Shown here: positions 12,169 to 23,600 of the stretch, piece by piece | How positions within the stretch are numbered: position 1 is the first letter of the stretch | Layout of the letters: each line of letters starts with the position of its first letter | DNA from: Trueperaceae bacterium | GTDB lineage: Bacteria > Deinococcota > Deinococci > Deinococcales > Trueperaceae | NCBI GenBank assembly: GCA_034520945.1 | Contig: JAXHNB010000005.1 | Coordinates: 831,529-895,528, forward strand | Length of the DNA: 64,000 nt | Direction: 5' to 3' | The notes under the pieces: model-generated | The model's database searches: none | What the model was told of the DNA's origin: nothing | Seen by the model: only the letters and a program-made list of their open reading frames with translations | Made by a program: the position numbers and the translations under genes

Positions 12169-13400
12169 CTACCTACGGACCGCCCGCCACGCGATGTCGC
12201 TGCGGGAATGCGCCCCCTCGAAGTGAACCCGCCGCACCAGCGCCTCGGCGTGCGCCCGCGCGTCGGCGACGTCGGCGCCGATGCCGGTGACGCCCAGCAC
12301 GCGCCCGCCACGCGTCACCACACGCCCATCCTGCGTCTCGGTCCCGGCGTGGAACACCACGGCGCGGTCCGACGGCGCCACCTGCGGCAGGTCGATGGGC
12401 ACCCCCTTCGCGTACGGCCCGGGGTAGCCTGCCGAGGCCATCACGATGCACACCGCCGCTTCGTCGCGCCAGGCCACGTCGACTTCGTCCAAGCGGCCGG
12501 TCGCGGTCGCGTGCAGGATCTGCGCCAGGTCGCCGTCCAACCGCGGCAGCACCACCTGCGCCTCGGGATCGCCGAAGCGGACGTTGAACTCGATCACCGC
12601 CGGCCCCTGATCGGTGAGCATCAGGCCGGCATACAGCACCCCGCGCAGCGGGCGTCCCGCCGCCGTCATGGCGCGCGCCACCGGCCCCAGGATGGTGTCC
12701 ATAGCGTGCGCGACCTCGCGCGGGCCGAAGCGCGGCACCGGCGAGTACGCCCCCATCCCGCCGGTGTTCGGCCCGACGTCACCGTCGAAGACGGGCTTGT
12801 GATCCTGCGCCGGCACCATCGGCCGGACCGTGTCGCCGTCCACGAACGCCATGAGTGAGACTTCCTCGCCCGACAGCCGCTCCTCGACCACCACGCGGGC
12901 GCCGGCGTCGCCGAAGGTGCGCCGGAGCATGGCGTCCCGCAGGGCGGCCTCCGCCTCCGCCAGGTCGGTGGCGACCACCACGCCCTTGCCGGCCGCCAGC
13001 CCGTCCGCCTTGATCACCACCGGTGCGCCGTGACGTCGCACGTGCGCTAGGGCGGCGTCGAAGTCCGTGAAGCTGGCGCTGCGCGCTGTCGGAATGCCAC
13101 GTTCGTGCATCAGCGCCTTCGCGAACGACTTGCTGCCCTCCAACAACGCTGCGTCGCGTCGCGGCCCGAACACGGCCAGGCCCGCCGCCTCGAACGCGTC
13201 CACGATGCCGTCCAACAGGGGCGCTTTGGGGCCCACCACGCTCAGGTCGACGCCGTGCGTCCGCGCGAAGTCGATCAGCCCGCCCACGTCGTCCTCGGCG
13301 ATGGGGACGCGCTCCGCCACCTCGGCGATGCCGGGGTTGCCGGGCGCGCAGAACACGTGCGTCGCCGTCGCGCTCTGGGCGAGACCGCGTACCACGTCGG
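12169..13400 (-). pseudogene. purD: Phosphoribosylamine-glycine ligase missing its first ~15-20 residues
   Basis: APGNPG, EGSKSFAK, KADGLAAGKGV, QDHK...GPNTGGMGAY, EFNVRFGDPE; the N-terminal GxGGREHA motif is absent. Confidence 0.8.
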
Positions 13401-13417
13401 CGAGGTCACGCCGGGGG

Positions 13418-13670
13418 ACCCTGCGGGGGGTCGAGGTGCCGTTGGTGGTGTGCGACCGGCCGCAGGCGCCCGTGGTGCAGCGCGCACGGGCATGGGGCGT
13501 TGCGTGCCTGGTGCGTGAGCGGCGGGGTTTCCCCGACAAGGCAGGCTTCGAGGCGTCCGTCGTGGAGGAACTCCGCGCCGCCCACATCGACCACCTGGCG
13601 TTGGCGGGGTACATGCGCATCGTGGGCCCGACGCTGCTGACCCCCTTCGCGGGACGGATCGTGAACGTCG
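13418..13670 (+). pseudogene. purN: Internal fragment of GAR transformylase
   Basis: VVCDRPQAPVVQRA...LAGYMRIVGPTLL..FAGRIVNV; breaks just before HPSLLP; no N-terminus. Confidence 0.75.
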
Positions 13671-13829
13671 CACGCCCGACGCGTAGCGCCTGGAAGGCGC
13701 CGTGCTTCGTCCACCAGGGTGCGCGCGCTGGTAGGGGATTGGTAGGGGTGCGTCGTACACCCTCAGGGTGACGCCATGCTTCGTTTCGAACACGCGAAAC
13801 GAGTCGGCGACACGCAAGGAGGGGGAGAG

Positions 13830-14387
13830 ATGAGTACGACGAGTACGCAGTTGAACGGCGTGGACCTGGCGCGCCTCCAGGAGACGGTGTCGCACATCCA
13901 GAACGACCCTGGGCTGGCACGGTTCACCTTCCGCGCCCAGACCTCGTGGCAGGACGGGGCCCACGTCCGTACCGAGATCGGCGGGTTTTACGGCGCCGGC
14001 ACGGAGGACGCCTCCCGCACGGAACCGTTCGTCCTCGAGGGGGACGAGCCCCCGGTTTTGCTGGGCACCAATCGCGCGCCCAACGCGGTCGAGACGGTGC
14101 TGCACGCCCTGACGTCGTGCCTGGCGGTGGGCTTCGCGTATAACGCCGCGGTGCGCGGCATCGAGGTGCGCAGCCTGGACTTCACCGTCGAGGGCGACCT
14201 GGACCTGCACCGCTTCCTGGGGTTGAGCGAGGAGAACCGCGCCGGCTACGAGGGGATCGAGGTGCGCTACCGCGTCGACGCCTCGCGGGAGCAGATCGAG
14301 GAGCTGTGCGCCTACGTCCAGTCCACCTCGCCGGTCATGGACGTGTTGCGCAACCCCGTGCCCGTACGGGTGTCGTTGGAGGCCTGA
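13830..14387 (+). CDS. OsmC/Ohr-like family protein
   Basis: LNGVD, DEPPVLLGTNRAPNAVE..L.AL.SC, EGDLDL..FLG, SPV; strong RBS. Confidence 0.85.
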   Translation: MSTTSTQLNGVDLARLQETVSHIQNDPGLARFTFRAQTSWQDGAHVRTEIGGFYGAGTEDASRTEPFVLEGDEPPVLLGTNRAPNAVETVLHALTSCLAVGFAYNAAVRGIEVRSLDFTVEGDLDLHRFLGLSEENRAGYEGIEVRYRVDASREQIEELCAYVQSTSPVMDVLRNPVPVRVSLEA

Positions 14388-14389
14388 AC

Positions 14390-15172
14390 ATGCCGATCGT
14401 CGATGTGAACGACCTGCGAAACCAAGTCAAGGACGTCTACCAGCGCGTCGCGAAGGAACCCGACGCCGAGTTCCACTTCCGGACCGGACGGGAGCTGGCC
14501 GCGGACCTGGGCTACCCGCCCGAGCTCCTCGACCGCATTCCCGAAGATTCCGTCCGCTCGTTCGCCGGGGTGGGGCACTACTTCGATCTGCTGGAGCTGC
14601 GTGAGGGCGACCGGGTGTTGGATCTCGGCAGCGGATCGGGGATGGACACCTTCTTCGCCGCCCTGCGGGTCGGCCCGCGCGGCGAGGTCGTCGGGCTGGA
14701 CATGACCGACGAGCAGCTCGACAAGGCCGAGGCGTTGCGCCGCGAGCACGGCTTCGACAACGTGAGCTTCGAACGGGGCTACATCGAGGAGTTGCCCTTC
14801 GAGGGCGGGCGCTTCGATGCGGTGATCAGCAACGGCGTGATCAACCTCTCCGCGCAGAAGGACGAGGTGTTCGCGGAGGTCGCGCGGGTGCTGAAGCCCG
14901 GCGGGACGTTGGCGCTGGCCGACATCGTCACGGAGCGGCAACTGGACGAGGACATCAAGTGCAACGAGTCGTTGTGGGCCGCCTGCATCGGCGGCGCGGC
15001 GCAGCAGGACCACTACCGGGCCCTGATGACCCAGGCTGGGCTGGCGGTCACCGTCATGCGCGACAACGACGCCTACGGGTTTTTGTCCAAGTCCGCGCAG
15101 GGGGCCAGCCGTCAGTTCGGCGTCAAGAGCGCCTCGTTGGCGGCGCGGCGCGAGGCCGGCGTCTCGGCCTGA
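14390..15172 (+). CDS. SAM-dependent methyltransferase (ArsM/UbiE-like)
   Basis: VLDLGSGSGMD, GLDMT, FDAVISNGVINL, LKPGG, WAACIGGA. Confidence 0.85.
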   Translation: MPIVDVNDLRNQVKDVYQRVAKEPDAEFHFRTGRELAADLGYPPELLDRIPEDSVRSFAGVGHYFDLLELREGDRVLDLGSGSGMDTFFAALRVGPRGEVVGLDMTDEQLDKAEALRREHGFDNVSFERGYIEELPFEGGRFDAVISNGVINLSAQKDEVFAEVARVLKPGGTLALADIVTERQLDEDIKCNESLWAACIGGAAQQDHYRALMTQAGLAVTVMRDNDAYGFLSKSAQGASRQFGVKSASLAARREAGVSA

Positions 15173-15225
15173 GGTTCGTACGGGTCAGGTGGGGGTGCGT
15201 GGGCGCCCCCACCCGTTCTCTTGCG

Positions 15226-15942
15226 TCAGGCCCCGCCTTCGATCTCGGTGACGAAGGCGGGCAGTTGCACCGGGTCCACGCCGACCGACTCGAACACGGC
15301 GGGGGGGAACCCCAGGTCGCCGACGAAGAGGCGCCCAGCGGGCCCGCCGGGCTCGAGGCCCTGCTTCGGCAGCCCCACCGCCAGGGTCATGCTGGGACGC
15401 ACCGCCTCGCCGGGGACGCTGCCGTCGTCGGCGTGCACGCCGGTGGGGACGTCCACGCTGATCACGCAGCATCCGTCGTGCATCTTGTTCAACACCGTGA
15501 TCACGTCGAGCGTCCGCCCGCGCGGCGGCCCTTCGAGGCTGGTGCCGATCGCCGCGTCGATCACGCAGGCGAACTTCATCTTGGGCAGGCTCGTCTTCAC
15601 GCGCACGGTGGGGACGTGCTTGAGGAGCTCCAACTGCTCTCGGGGGGTGCCGCTGTAGTTGCCCGCCTCGTGCGTGGGCACCACCCACACGCGACGGCCG
15701 CGCAGGCCCAGGAGGCGCGCGGCGGCCAGGCCGCCGCTGCCGTTGTCGCCCCGCCCCGCCACCACGAGCACCGGCCCTTCGGGCGCGAACGCGCCGACGA
15801 GTTCGCTGAGGTTGCGGCCCGTGTGCTCGACCAGCACGCGGGCGTCCAGGCCGTACTTGCCGGTCGCCATCATCACCAGTTGCTGCATCTGAGCGCCGGT
15901 GATCTTGGGAAACGCGTCCCACGACATCTTCGGGAATGCCAC
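15226..15942 (-). CDS. Stand-alone YjeF_N / NAD(P)H-hydrate epimerase-like protein
   Basis: GRGDNGSGG (degenerate GxGNNGGD), IDAAIG, SVDVPTG, LPKQGL. Confidence 0.75.
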   Translation of the reverse strand: MAFPKMSWDAFPKITGAQMQQLVMMATGKYGLDARVLVEHTGRNLSELVGAFAPEGPVLVVAGRGDNGSGGLAAARLLGLRGRRVWVVPTHEAGNYSGTPREQLELLKHVPTVRVKTSLPKMKFACVIDAAIGTSLEGPPRGRTLDVITVLNKMHDGCCVISVDVPTGVHADDGSVPGEAVRPSMTLAVGLPKQGLEPGGPAGRLFVGDLGFPPAVFESVGVDPVQLPAFVTEIEGGA

Positions 15943-15953
15943 GCTCGTTCCCT

Positions 15954-16685
15954 TCAGCCCGTCTCGAGCGCCGCGTCTACGTCGGCCGTGCAGTAGACGT
16001 TCTGCACGTCGTCCAGATCCTCCAAGGCCTCGATGATGCGCTGCACCTTGGCGGCGTCGCCGCCGCCAGGGGCGGCGACGACCTGCGGCACCTTGGTGAG
16101 CCGGGCCACCTCGGGCTGCAGGCCGAAGCGCGTCTCGAGCGCGTCGGCGACCCCGAACAGCTCGGTCGGGGGCGTATAGATGGTCAACGCGCCGTCCTCG
16201 ACCTCGAGGTCGGTGGCGCCGAGGTCGATGGCGGCCTCCTGCACCTCTTCACGCGGGTCGCGGTAGACCAGCAGACCCACCGAGTCGAACTGCCACGCCG
16301 TCGACCCGGACATGTTGCCGCCGTGCTTGGTGAGCACGTGCCGCACTTCGGCGACGGTGCGGTTGCGATTGTCCGTCAGCGCTTCGATCAGGAACGCCAC
16401 GCCGCCCGGTCCGTACCCCTCGTACGCGACCGATTCGAAGTCGCCTCCGTCGGTGCCGCCGAGCGCGCGCTCGATGGCGCGCTCGATGTTGTCGGCCGGC
16501 ACGTCGTCGGACTTCGCGGCGCCGATGGCGTTCTTGAGCGCGAGGTTGGTGGACGTGTCCGCCCCGCCCCCCTCGCGGACGGCGCTCTGGATGGCGCGGA
16601 TGTGCTTGCTGATGATCTTGCCGCGCTGGTTGTCGTTGGCCGCCTTCTTGCGCTTGATCTGCGACCACTTGTTGTGACCTGACAA
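15954..16685 (-). CDS. YebC/PmpR family protein
   Basis: SGHNKWSQIKRKK, YEGYGPGG, TDNRNRT, LEDLDDVQNVY; TTG start after GGAGG. Confidence 0.95.
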   Translation of the reverse strand: MSGHNKWSQIKRKKAANDNQRGKIISKHIRAIQSAVREGGGADTSTNLALKNAIGAAKSDDVPADNIERAIERALGGTDGGDFESVAYEGYGPGGVAFLIEALTDNRNRTVAEVRHVLTKHGGNMSGSTAWQFDSVGLLVYRDPREEVQEAAIDLGATDLEVEDGALTIYTPPTELFGVADALETRFGLQPEVARLTKVPQVVAAPGGGDAAKVQRIIEALEDLDDVQNVYCTADVDAALETG

Positions 16686-16782
16686 GCCAAGACCTCCTCG
16701 CGAATGGGCCATTCTACCCCACGGAGCCGCGCAGGCGGGCGTTGCACGCACGCTGCGGCGTTCAGCGGTGGCGGTGGGGACG

Positions 16783-17340
16783 TCAGCGCACGTAGAAGCG
16801 GGTCTCGACCACGTCGTTGACCTGGAACGGTTCGAGCTCGATCTGGATCGCGGCCCGCCAGTCGTCCTCGCCGGCGCGACCGCGGAACGTGACGCGCGAC
16901 ACGTCGGTGCGGCGCGGCGTGAAGCTGGCGCGTACCCGGTGCCAGCCGCGCGGGGGATCGACCACGAACACGACGCCTTCGTCGCTGCCGTCGATGGTCA
17001 CCGTGCGGCGTGCCGGCACGTACACGTTGCGGGCGAACACGTGCACCTCGCCGTCGGGTTCCAGGGAGGTGAGGGTCACGTACCCTTCCACGCGGCTGCG
17101 GATCCGGAACGAGATCTCCTCGCCCACCCGGTAGGACGAGGCATGCCCGCCGCTCGGCTCGAACACCTCGAGCACGGCGTTGGCCCGGTCGGGCAGGCGT
17201 GAGCCGCTCCCGCGGGCATCCGGCCCGGTGTACGTGACCGTGCAGCCGGCCAACAAGGCGGCCCCTAGGACCAGCGCGAAGACGCGCAGCAGGGGGCGGA
17301 TCGAAGATGGTGAAGATGGTGCGGACGCGTGAGGCTTCAT
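16783..17340 (-). CDS. Lipoprotein, DUF4384-like
   Basis: Lipobox LLAGC; YRVGEEI.F...GYVTL....DG motif. Confidence 0.7.
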   Translation of the reverse strand: MKPHASAPSSPSSIRPLLRVFALVLGAALLAGCTVTYTGPDARGSGSRLPDRANAVLEVFEPSGGHASSYRVGEEISFRIRSRVEGYVTLTSLEPDGEVHVFARNVYVPARRTVTIDGSDEGVVFVVDPPRGWHRVRASFTPRRTDVSRVTFRGRAGEDDWRAAIQIELEPFQVNDVVETRFYVR

Positions 17341-17372
17341 GCGTGTTCCTCCGTAGGGTCCGGGGCGCCGCC

Positions 17373-17702
17373 TCAGCGGCCGTCCTCGGTGCGGTCGTAC
17401 GTGGTGACCATGTAGGGAAGGTCGGTCTGGTGGTAGCGACCCCGTTCGTCGTACCAGTAGATGTAGGTCCCGTTCGCCTGGCCCCCGTTGATGGCCTCGA
17501 CCCCGGCGCGGGTGACCTTGCCGTCCACCAGGCCTTCGAACACGACGTCGCCGCCGTACGCGTACACCGTGATGTACATGCGCGTGTTGGTGAAGTCCTG
17601 GATCGAACGGCGAATTTGGTTCTGCGTCTCGTTGCGACAGCCGCCCAACACCAGCGCGATGACGAGAAACAGCATGGCTGCCCACGCGAGCCTGCGCGCC
17701 AC
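17373..17702 (-). CDS. Hypothetical lipoprotein
   Basis: Lipobox LGGC; GGAGG RBS; host-like codon usage. Confidence 0.7.
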   Translation of the reverse strand: MARRLAWAAMLFLVIALVLGGCRNETQNQIRRSIQDFTNTRMYITVYAYGGDVVFEGLVDGKVTRAGVEAINGGQANGTYIYWYDERGRYHQTDLPYMVTTYDRTEDGR

Positions 17703-17776
17703 GGGAACACCTCCGTCCCCAATCTACCACGCCACGCATCGGGCCCGGGCCGCCAGGGCGGGTATCATGCCCGAAC

Positions 17777-18733
17777 GTGAGCGATGGTCTGCGAGACCCG
17801 TACCAGGTGCTGGGCGTACAGCGCGACGCGAGCCACGACCAGATCAAGTCGGCCTACCGCAGGCTGGCGCTGAAGTACCACCCCGACCGCAACCCCGGCG
17901 ACCCGGAGGCGGAAGAGCGCTTCAAGCGCATCAGCGAGGCGTACGCGACGTTGCGGGATCCGGAGCGTCGGGCCTGGGTCGACCGCGGCGGATCGCCGAC
18001 CGAGGGGCGCAGGCCCGACTTCAGCACCGTGGACTGGCAGACCATTTTCGAAGAGGCCGACGTTCAGGTGGACTTCGGGCAGGGCATGCCGCGCACCGGC
18101 AACGCCGTCTTCGACGCGCTGTTCGGGGCCGTCACCGGCATGTTGCGCACGCAGGGCGTGCTTCCCGGCGAGGACCGCGAGAGCGAGGTGCGCATCGACC
18201 TGACCGCCGCCCGCCAGGGCGGCACCACGCGGGTGCGGGTGCCGGGCCCCAGCGTCTGCGCCGTGTGCAGGGGGCGCCGCTTGGCGCCTGAGGGTCGGCC
18301 CTGTCCCGCCTGCGGGGGCCGGGGGTTCCGGCCGCGGGGCGAAGCGGCGGAGGTCGAGATCCCCGCCGGCATCCGTCCCGGCACCAAGCTGCGCCTCCGC
18401 GGTCTCGGCGGGCCGGGGCGCCCACCGGGCGACGCCCTGGTGACGGTTCGCGTCGAGTTGCCGGCCGGCGTGTCGCGCGTGGGCGACGAGCTGCGAACCG
18501 AGGTGAGCGTGACGCCGCTGGAGGCGCGGCATGGCGTCACCGTGAACGTGCACGGCAACGACGTCACGATTCCGGCTGGCACGCCCGATGGAGGCGTGGT
18601 ACGTGTGCCCGGTGGGGGGCTCGCCGGCGCCGACCTCCGCGTTACGGTGCGCCATCACGTGTGGCGAGGTCTCGTACGCTGGGGTCGTGACAAGATGTCC
18701 CAGGTCCTTCGGGACGGGGGAGGAGAGCGTTGA
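17777..18733 (+). CDS. DnaJ-family co-chaperone with partial Zn finger
   Basis: J-domain with HPD; CAVCRG and CPACGG motifs; DnaJ C-terminal domain. Confidence 0.9.
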   Translation: MSDGLRDPYQVLGVQRDASHDQIKSAYRRLALKYHPDRNPGDPEAEERFKRISEAYATLRDPERRAWVDRGGSPTEGRRPDFSTVDWQTIFEEADVQVDFGQGMPRTGNAVFDALFGAVTGMLRTQGVLPGEDRESEVRIDLTAARQGGTTRVRVPGPSVCAVCRGRRLAPEGRPCPACGGRGFRPRGEAAEVEIPAGIRPGTKLRLRGLGGPGRPPGDALVTVRVELPAGVSRVGDELRTEVSVTPLEARHGVTVNVHGNDVTIPAGTPDGGVVRVPGGGLAGADLRVTVRHHVWRGLVRWGRDKMSQVLRDGGGER

Positions 18734-19191
18734 ACGACGACGATGCAGGTTTCGACAAGGACAAGCCGCTGTACGTGATCAGCGTCGCGGCCGAGCTGGT
18801 CGACATGCACCCGCAGACGCTTCGCCTCTACGAGCGCAAGGGCCTGGTCGAGCCGAGCCGGAGCGCGGGCAAGACCCGCCTGTACTCGCAACGCAACATC
18901 GAGCAGTTGCGTGAGATCCGGCGCCTGACGCAGGAGCTCGGCATCAACCTGGCCGGCGTCGAGGAGATCATCAAGCTGCGTGAGAAGCTGGATCAGCTCC
19001 AGGACAACATGGAGAACCGCATCGGGCAGCTCCAGCACCAGTTGGAGGACCGCATGGGCACCATTCGGGGTGCGCTGCCCGCCGAGATCGAGACGCTGGC
19101 GCGCGACCTGGCGGTCCAGCTCGACGTCGAGGGGGGCGACGAGGATACGGACGAGGACGACGAGGACGCGGACGAGGACGACGAGGCGTGA
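18730..19191 (+). CDS. hspR: MerR-family heat-shock repressor HspR
   Basis: [25 protein letters not shown]...GINLAGV; coupled to dnaJ. Confidence 0.88.
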   Translation: MNDDDAGFDKDKPLYVISVAAELVDMHPQTLRLYERKGLVEPSRSAGKTRLYSQRNIEQLREIRRLTQELGINLAGVEEIIKLREKLDQLQDNMENRIGQLQHQLEDRMGTIRGALPAEIETLARDLAVQLDVEGGDEDTDEDDEDADEDDEA

Positions 19192-19242
19192 GGCCCCCCG
19201 CGGCGTCCGGCGGCCGACGGGCCGCGTGATAGGCTCGCCGCC

Positions 19243-20613
19243 ATGAGCCCAACCCCGCTGGATGGCGTCCTGGCGTCCGAACGTTCGCGTTTCGAAGCGG
19301 AGCTGTTCACGTTCCTCCGCATTCCCTCGATCTCGACCGATCCCGACCGGGCCGAGCAGGTACGCCACGCCGCGGCGTGGCTTCGTGACGACCTGGCGGG
19401 CATGGGGTTCGAGGCCGAGCTGCTGGAGACCGCCCGGCACCCCGTCGTGGTCGCGCACCGGCAGGTGTCGCCCTCGCTGCCGACGGTGCTGATCTACGGT
19501 CACTACGACGTGCAACCCCCCGACCCGGTCGAGGCGTGGGACACGGATCCGTTCGATCCGACCGTGCGGGACGGCGCCGTGGTCGCGCGGGGCGCCAGCG
19601 ACGACAAGGGACAGGTGTTCGCGCACGTCAAGGGGGTGCAGGCCCTGCTGGCGGCGGAGGGTGAGCTGCCCGTCAACGTCACCTTCTTGATCGAGGGCGA
19701 AGAGGAGATCGGCAGCCCCAACCTGGCGGCCGTGCTCGAGGAGCACGCGGACCGCCTGGCGGCCGACGTGGTGGTGGTCAGCGACGGCGCGATGCTGCCC
19801 GGACGCGTGCCGACGCTGACGTACGGCCTGCGGGGCATGACCTACGTGGAGGTGCGGGTGCGCACCGCCGCGCGGGACCTGCACTCCGGGGCGTACGGCG
19901 GCGCGGTCCCCAACGCCGCGCACGCGCTGGCGGTGATCCTGGCCGGCCTGAAGGACGCGAATGGGCGCATCACCGTGCCGGGGTTCTACGATGACGTGCG
20001 CGAGATCACGGACGAGGAACGCGCCCAGTTCGCGCGCGTGGAATTCGACCGGGACGCCTTCATGCGCGACGCGGGCGTGCGCGCCACCCCCGGCGAGGCG
20101 GGGCGGGACGTGCGCGAACGCCTGTGGGCGCGGCCCACCCTGGACGTCAACGGGCTGGGCGGCGGTTTCCAGGGCGAGGGGTCCAAGACGGTGATTCCCG
20201 CCGAGGCGTTCGCGAAGGTGTCGTGCCGGCTGGTGCCCGACCAGGACCCGCACACCATCACCGAGGCGCTCCGGGCGCACCTGCGGGCGTTGGCGCCGGA
20301 GGGGGCCGAGGTCGAGGTGACCGAATTGAACGCCGGCGCGTGGGCGTTGAGCCCCCTGGACGGCCGCGCCGTGCAGGCGGCCGCGGCCGCCATCCGCCGC
20401 GTGGACGGCCGCGATCCCGCCTTCGTGCGGACGGGCGGCACCATCCCCGTGGTGTCCGACTTCCAGCGCCTGCTGGGCGCCGAGGTGGTGCTGGTCGACA
20501 TGGGACTCGAGGAGGACCGGATCCACTCGCCCAACGAGAAGTTCGACCTGGACCTCTACCACCGCGGCATTCGTCTCAGCGCCGAGGTCCTGCGGGCGTT
20601 GGCGCCCGCCTGA
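19243..20613 (+). CDS. M20 family dipeptidase
   Basis: YGHYDVQP, RGASDDKG, EGEEE, DLHSG, IHSPNEK. Confidence 0.92.
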   Translation: MSPTPLDGVLASERSRFEAELFTFLRIPSISTDPDRAEQVRHAAAWLRDDLAGMGFEAELLETARHPVVVAHRQVSPSLPTVLIYGHYDVQPPDPVEAWDTDPFDPTVRDGAVVARGASDDKGQVFAHVKGVQALLAAEGELPVNVTFLIEGEEEIGSPNLAAVLEEHADRLAADVVVVSDGAMLPGRVPTLTYGLRGMTYVEVRVRTAARDLHSGAYGGAVPNAAHALAVILAGLKDANGRITVPGFYDDVREITDEERAQFARVEFDRDAFMRDAGVRATPGEAGRDVRERLWARPTLDVNGLGGGFQGEGSKTVIPAEAFAKVSCRLVPDQDPHTITEALRAHLRALAPEGAEVEVTELNAGAWALSPLDGRAVQAAAAAIRRVDGRDPAFVRTGGTIPVVSDFQRLLGAEVVLVDMGLEEDRIHSPNEKFDLDLYHRGIRLSAEVLRALAPA

Positions 20614-20632
20614 GACGGCCCGGGCGACGTTC

Positions 20633-23600
20633 GTGCGGATCGAGCGGCTGGTCGTCTCGGGCTTCAAGAGCTTCGGCGAGCGCACCACCCTGACGTTCGA
20701 CGCCGCCGTCACCGCCATCGTCGGCCCCAACGGCAGCGGCAAGTCGAACCTGGTGGACGCGCTCCGCTGGGCCACCGGCGGCGGGCGGGCGCGGGCGTAC
20801 CGGGCGGAGGACAAGACCGAGCTGATCTTCCACGGCGCCTCCGGCAAGAAGCGGATGGGCCTGGCCGAGGTGGAGGTCGAGATCGGCACCGATGACGGGC
20901 CGCTGCGCATCCGCCGCACCCTGGACCGCGACGGCGTCACCCGCCTCAAGCTCAACGGCCGCAACGCGCGCTTCCTGGACATCGACGAGGCCCTGGCGGG
21001 CACCGGTCTGGGCACCGGCAGCCTGGCCGTGATCGGGCAGGGCGAGGTGAGCGGGGTGCTGATGGCCGATCCCTCGCGCCTGCTGGCGTACGTCTCCGAG
21101 GCGGCCGGCGTGGCGCAGCTGACCACCCGGCGGGAGCGGACCGAGGCCAACCTGGAGCAGGCGCGCACGCACCTGACCCGCCTGGACGAGAACATCGCCG
21201 AGGACGCCGCCCGGGTCGAGGCGCTCACGCGCGAGGCCGAGGAGGCGCGACGGCACGACGAGCTTCGCGCCCGCGCCAACCGGTTGCGCCTCACCATCGC
21301 CGACGCGCGGGCAGGCGACCTGCGCGCGGCCGTGGCCGAGCTGGCCGAGCGCGTCGAGGCGCACGAACACGCGTTGCAGCAGGGCCGCGACACCCTCGCG
21401 GAACTGCGCACCGCGCTGGAGGAGGCCCGTCGTAGGGACGCGGAGGCGGAGGCGGCCCACCGCGAGGCGCACGCCGCGCACGCGCGGGCCGTGGCCGAGC
21501 TCCGCGTCGCCGAGCACGCCTATGAGGCCGCCACCACGCGGGCGGCCGACCTGGCCGGCCGCAAGGAACGCGCCGAGCACGAAGCGAACGAGCTGGCGCA
21601 GCAGGAAGCCCCCCAGGCGCCGGACGACGACGCCGAGGCGGCCGAGCGCGCCGCCGACGCGGCCGAGGCGACCCTGCACGCCGCCCGCGAGGCCCGCGCG
21701 GAGGCCGAGGCGGAGGCCGAGGAGGCCCGCCGCGCCCGGGAGGCGCTCGAGGACCGGGCGGCCCGGGCGGCGCGCGACGCGGCCGAAGCGGAGGCGCGCC
21801 ACGCGTCGCTGACGCAGCAGTTGGAGGAGGTGCGGACCGCGCTGAGCGAGGCGGACGCCGCGGCGCCCGCCGCGGACGGCGACATCGGCGAGGAGGCGGA
21901 CCGGGCGGGGCAGGCGCGCACGGCGCTGGCGGCGGCCGAGTCGGAGCTGGCGTCGGCCCGGACCCGCCTGGAGAACGCGCAGGCCCAGCACGCCCGCGAC
22001 GCGGCCGAGGCGCGCGCCTGGGACCGTGCGTCGCAGCGGCAACGCGCCGCCTTCGAGGCGCGCCAAGGCTACGCCCAGGGCCCCCGGCACGCCCTCACCA
22101 GCGGCGTCCACGGCGTGGAGGGGTCGCTGGCCGACCTGATGCGCGTGCCCGAGGAGCTGCAGGAGGCCATCGGCTTGGCCCTGGGGCGCCGCGCCGAGTA
22201 CGTGGTCATGAGCGACGACGCGTCCGCCCGCGAGGTGCTGGCGCACGTGCGGGAGCGCGGCGGCTGGGTGACGCTGCTGCCGCTGACGCTGGTCCGCCGT
22301 TCGCGCCCTGGCCTCGATTCCGACTTCGAAGCCGAGGCGGGCGTGATCGGGCTGGCCAGCGAGCGGGTGTCCTGCGACGCGCGCTACCGTCCCGCCGTCG
22401 ATCAGGTGCTGGGCGGCACCGCGCTGGTGGACACCGCCGAGCGGGCCACGGCGCTGGCCAAGCGCTACGCCCGCAGGCCGCGGATGGTGACGCTGGACGG
22501 CGCCATCCTGGAGCCCGGCGGGGCGTTGTCGGGCGGCCGGCGCCAGGGTCGCGGGCCCGTGCTGGGCGCCGCCGCCGAGCTGGAGGAGGCCGAAGCGACC
22601 CGCGACCGGGCGCGCGAGGCCGAAGCCGCCGCCAAGGCCGAGGTGGAGGCCGCCCAGGCCGCCTTCGAGACGGCACGCGCGGGGGTGGAGGAGGCCCGTG
22701 CCGCGTTGGACCGGGCGCGTGAGGCCGAGGTGCGGGCCCAGGAGGCGCGCGCCGCCGACGCCCGCATGCGCGAGGAGCTGGAGGGGCGCCGGCAACGGCT
22801 CGAGCAGGCCCTGGCCGCGCTGCCCGAGGTGCCTGGCGGCGTGGCCCCGGAACGCCTGGCGGAGGTCCGCGAGCGCGACGCCCGTGCCCGCGGCACCTTG
22901 GCCGACGCCAACAAAGCCGAGAGCGACGCCGCGGAGGCCGCCTCCCGCACGGCCCGCGACGCGGCCTTGGCGCGGGAACGGCGGGCCTCGCACCAGGCCG
23001 CCCTGGAGCGGTGGCGCCACGACCGCACCCGCGCCGAGGAACAGGCGCAAGAGGCGGAGCGGCTGGCGCGGGAGGCCGAACGCGCCTGGGGCGAGGCGCA
23101 GGAGGCGGAGGCCCGCGTGGAGACCGCCCGGGCGGCGGTGCCGGAGGACGCCACCGACGCCGAGCGGGCGCGCGAGGAGGCACGCGAGGCGTTGCGGGAG
23201 GCGGAGGCCGCCGTGGACGCCGCCAACGAGCGGCAGACCGAACGGGCCGAGGCGCTGGAGCGGGCCCGCGTCCAGCAGGCCCGCCGCGAGAGCGCGTTGG
23301 AGGCGGCGGAGGAGGAACGCGCGGGGTTCCCGGACGGGCTCGAACCGCTGGCGCTGGGGGCCAAACAGGCCAGCGCCGAACTTCGCAGGGTCGAGGCCGA
23401 ACTGGAGACGATCGGGGCCGTGAACCACCGTGCGGCGCACGAACTGGCCGAGCTGTCGCCCGCCCACGACGCGCGATGCGCGGAGGCGGAGGAGGCCCGC
23501 ACCGCGGTGGACGAGTTGTTCACCACCCTGGCGCGACTGGACCGCGAGACGACCCGGCGGCTGACCGCAGCGGTCGACGGGGTCCGCGAGGCCTTCCGGC

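Noticed and set aside
12169..13920. 583-aa extended PurD
   Set aside because: The upstream part is antisense to the purN fragment and the OsmC gene start, not PurD-like
11032..15225. tRNA-Val-integrated element with att sites
   Set aside because: No duplicate of the tRNA 3' end and no adjacent integrase seen; only accessory-like content
17700..17780. HAIR operator upstream of dnaJ-hspR
   Set aside because: No CTTGAGT-N7-ACTCAAG match visible
21200..23500. Apparent GAGGCG/GCCGAG repeats
   Set aside because: Ala/Glu/Arg codon bias of SMC coiled coils, not DNA repeats
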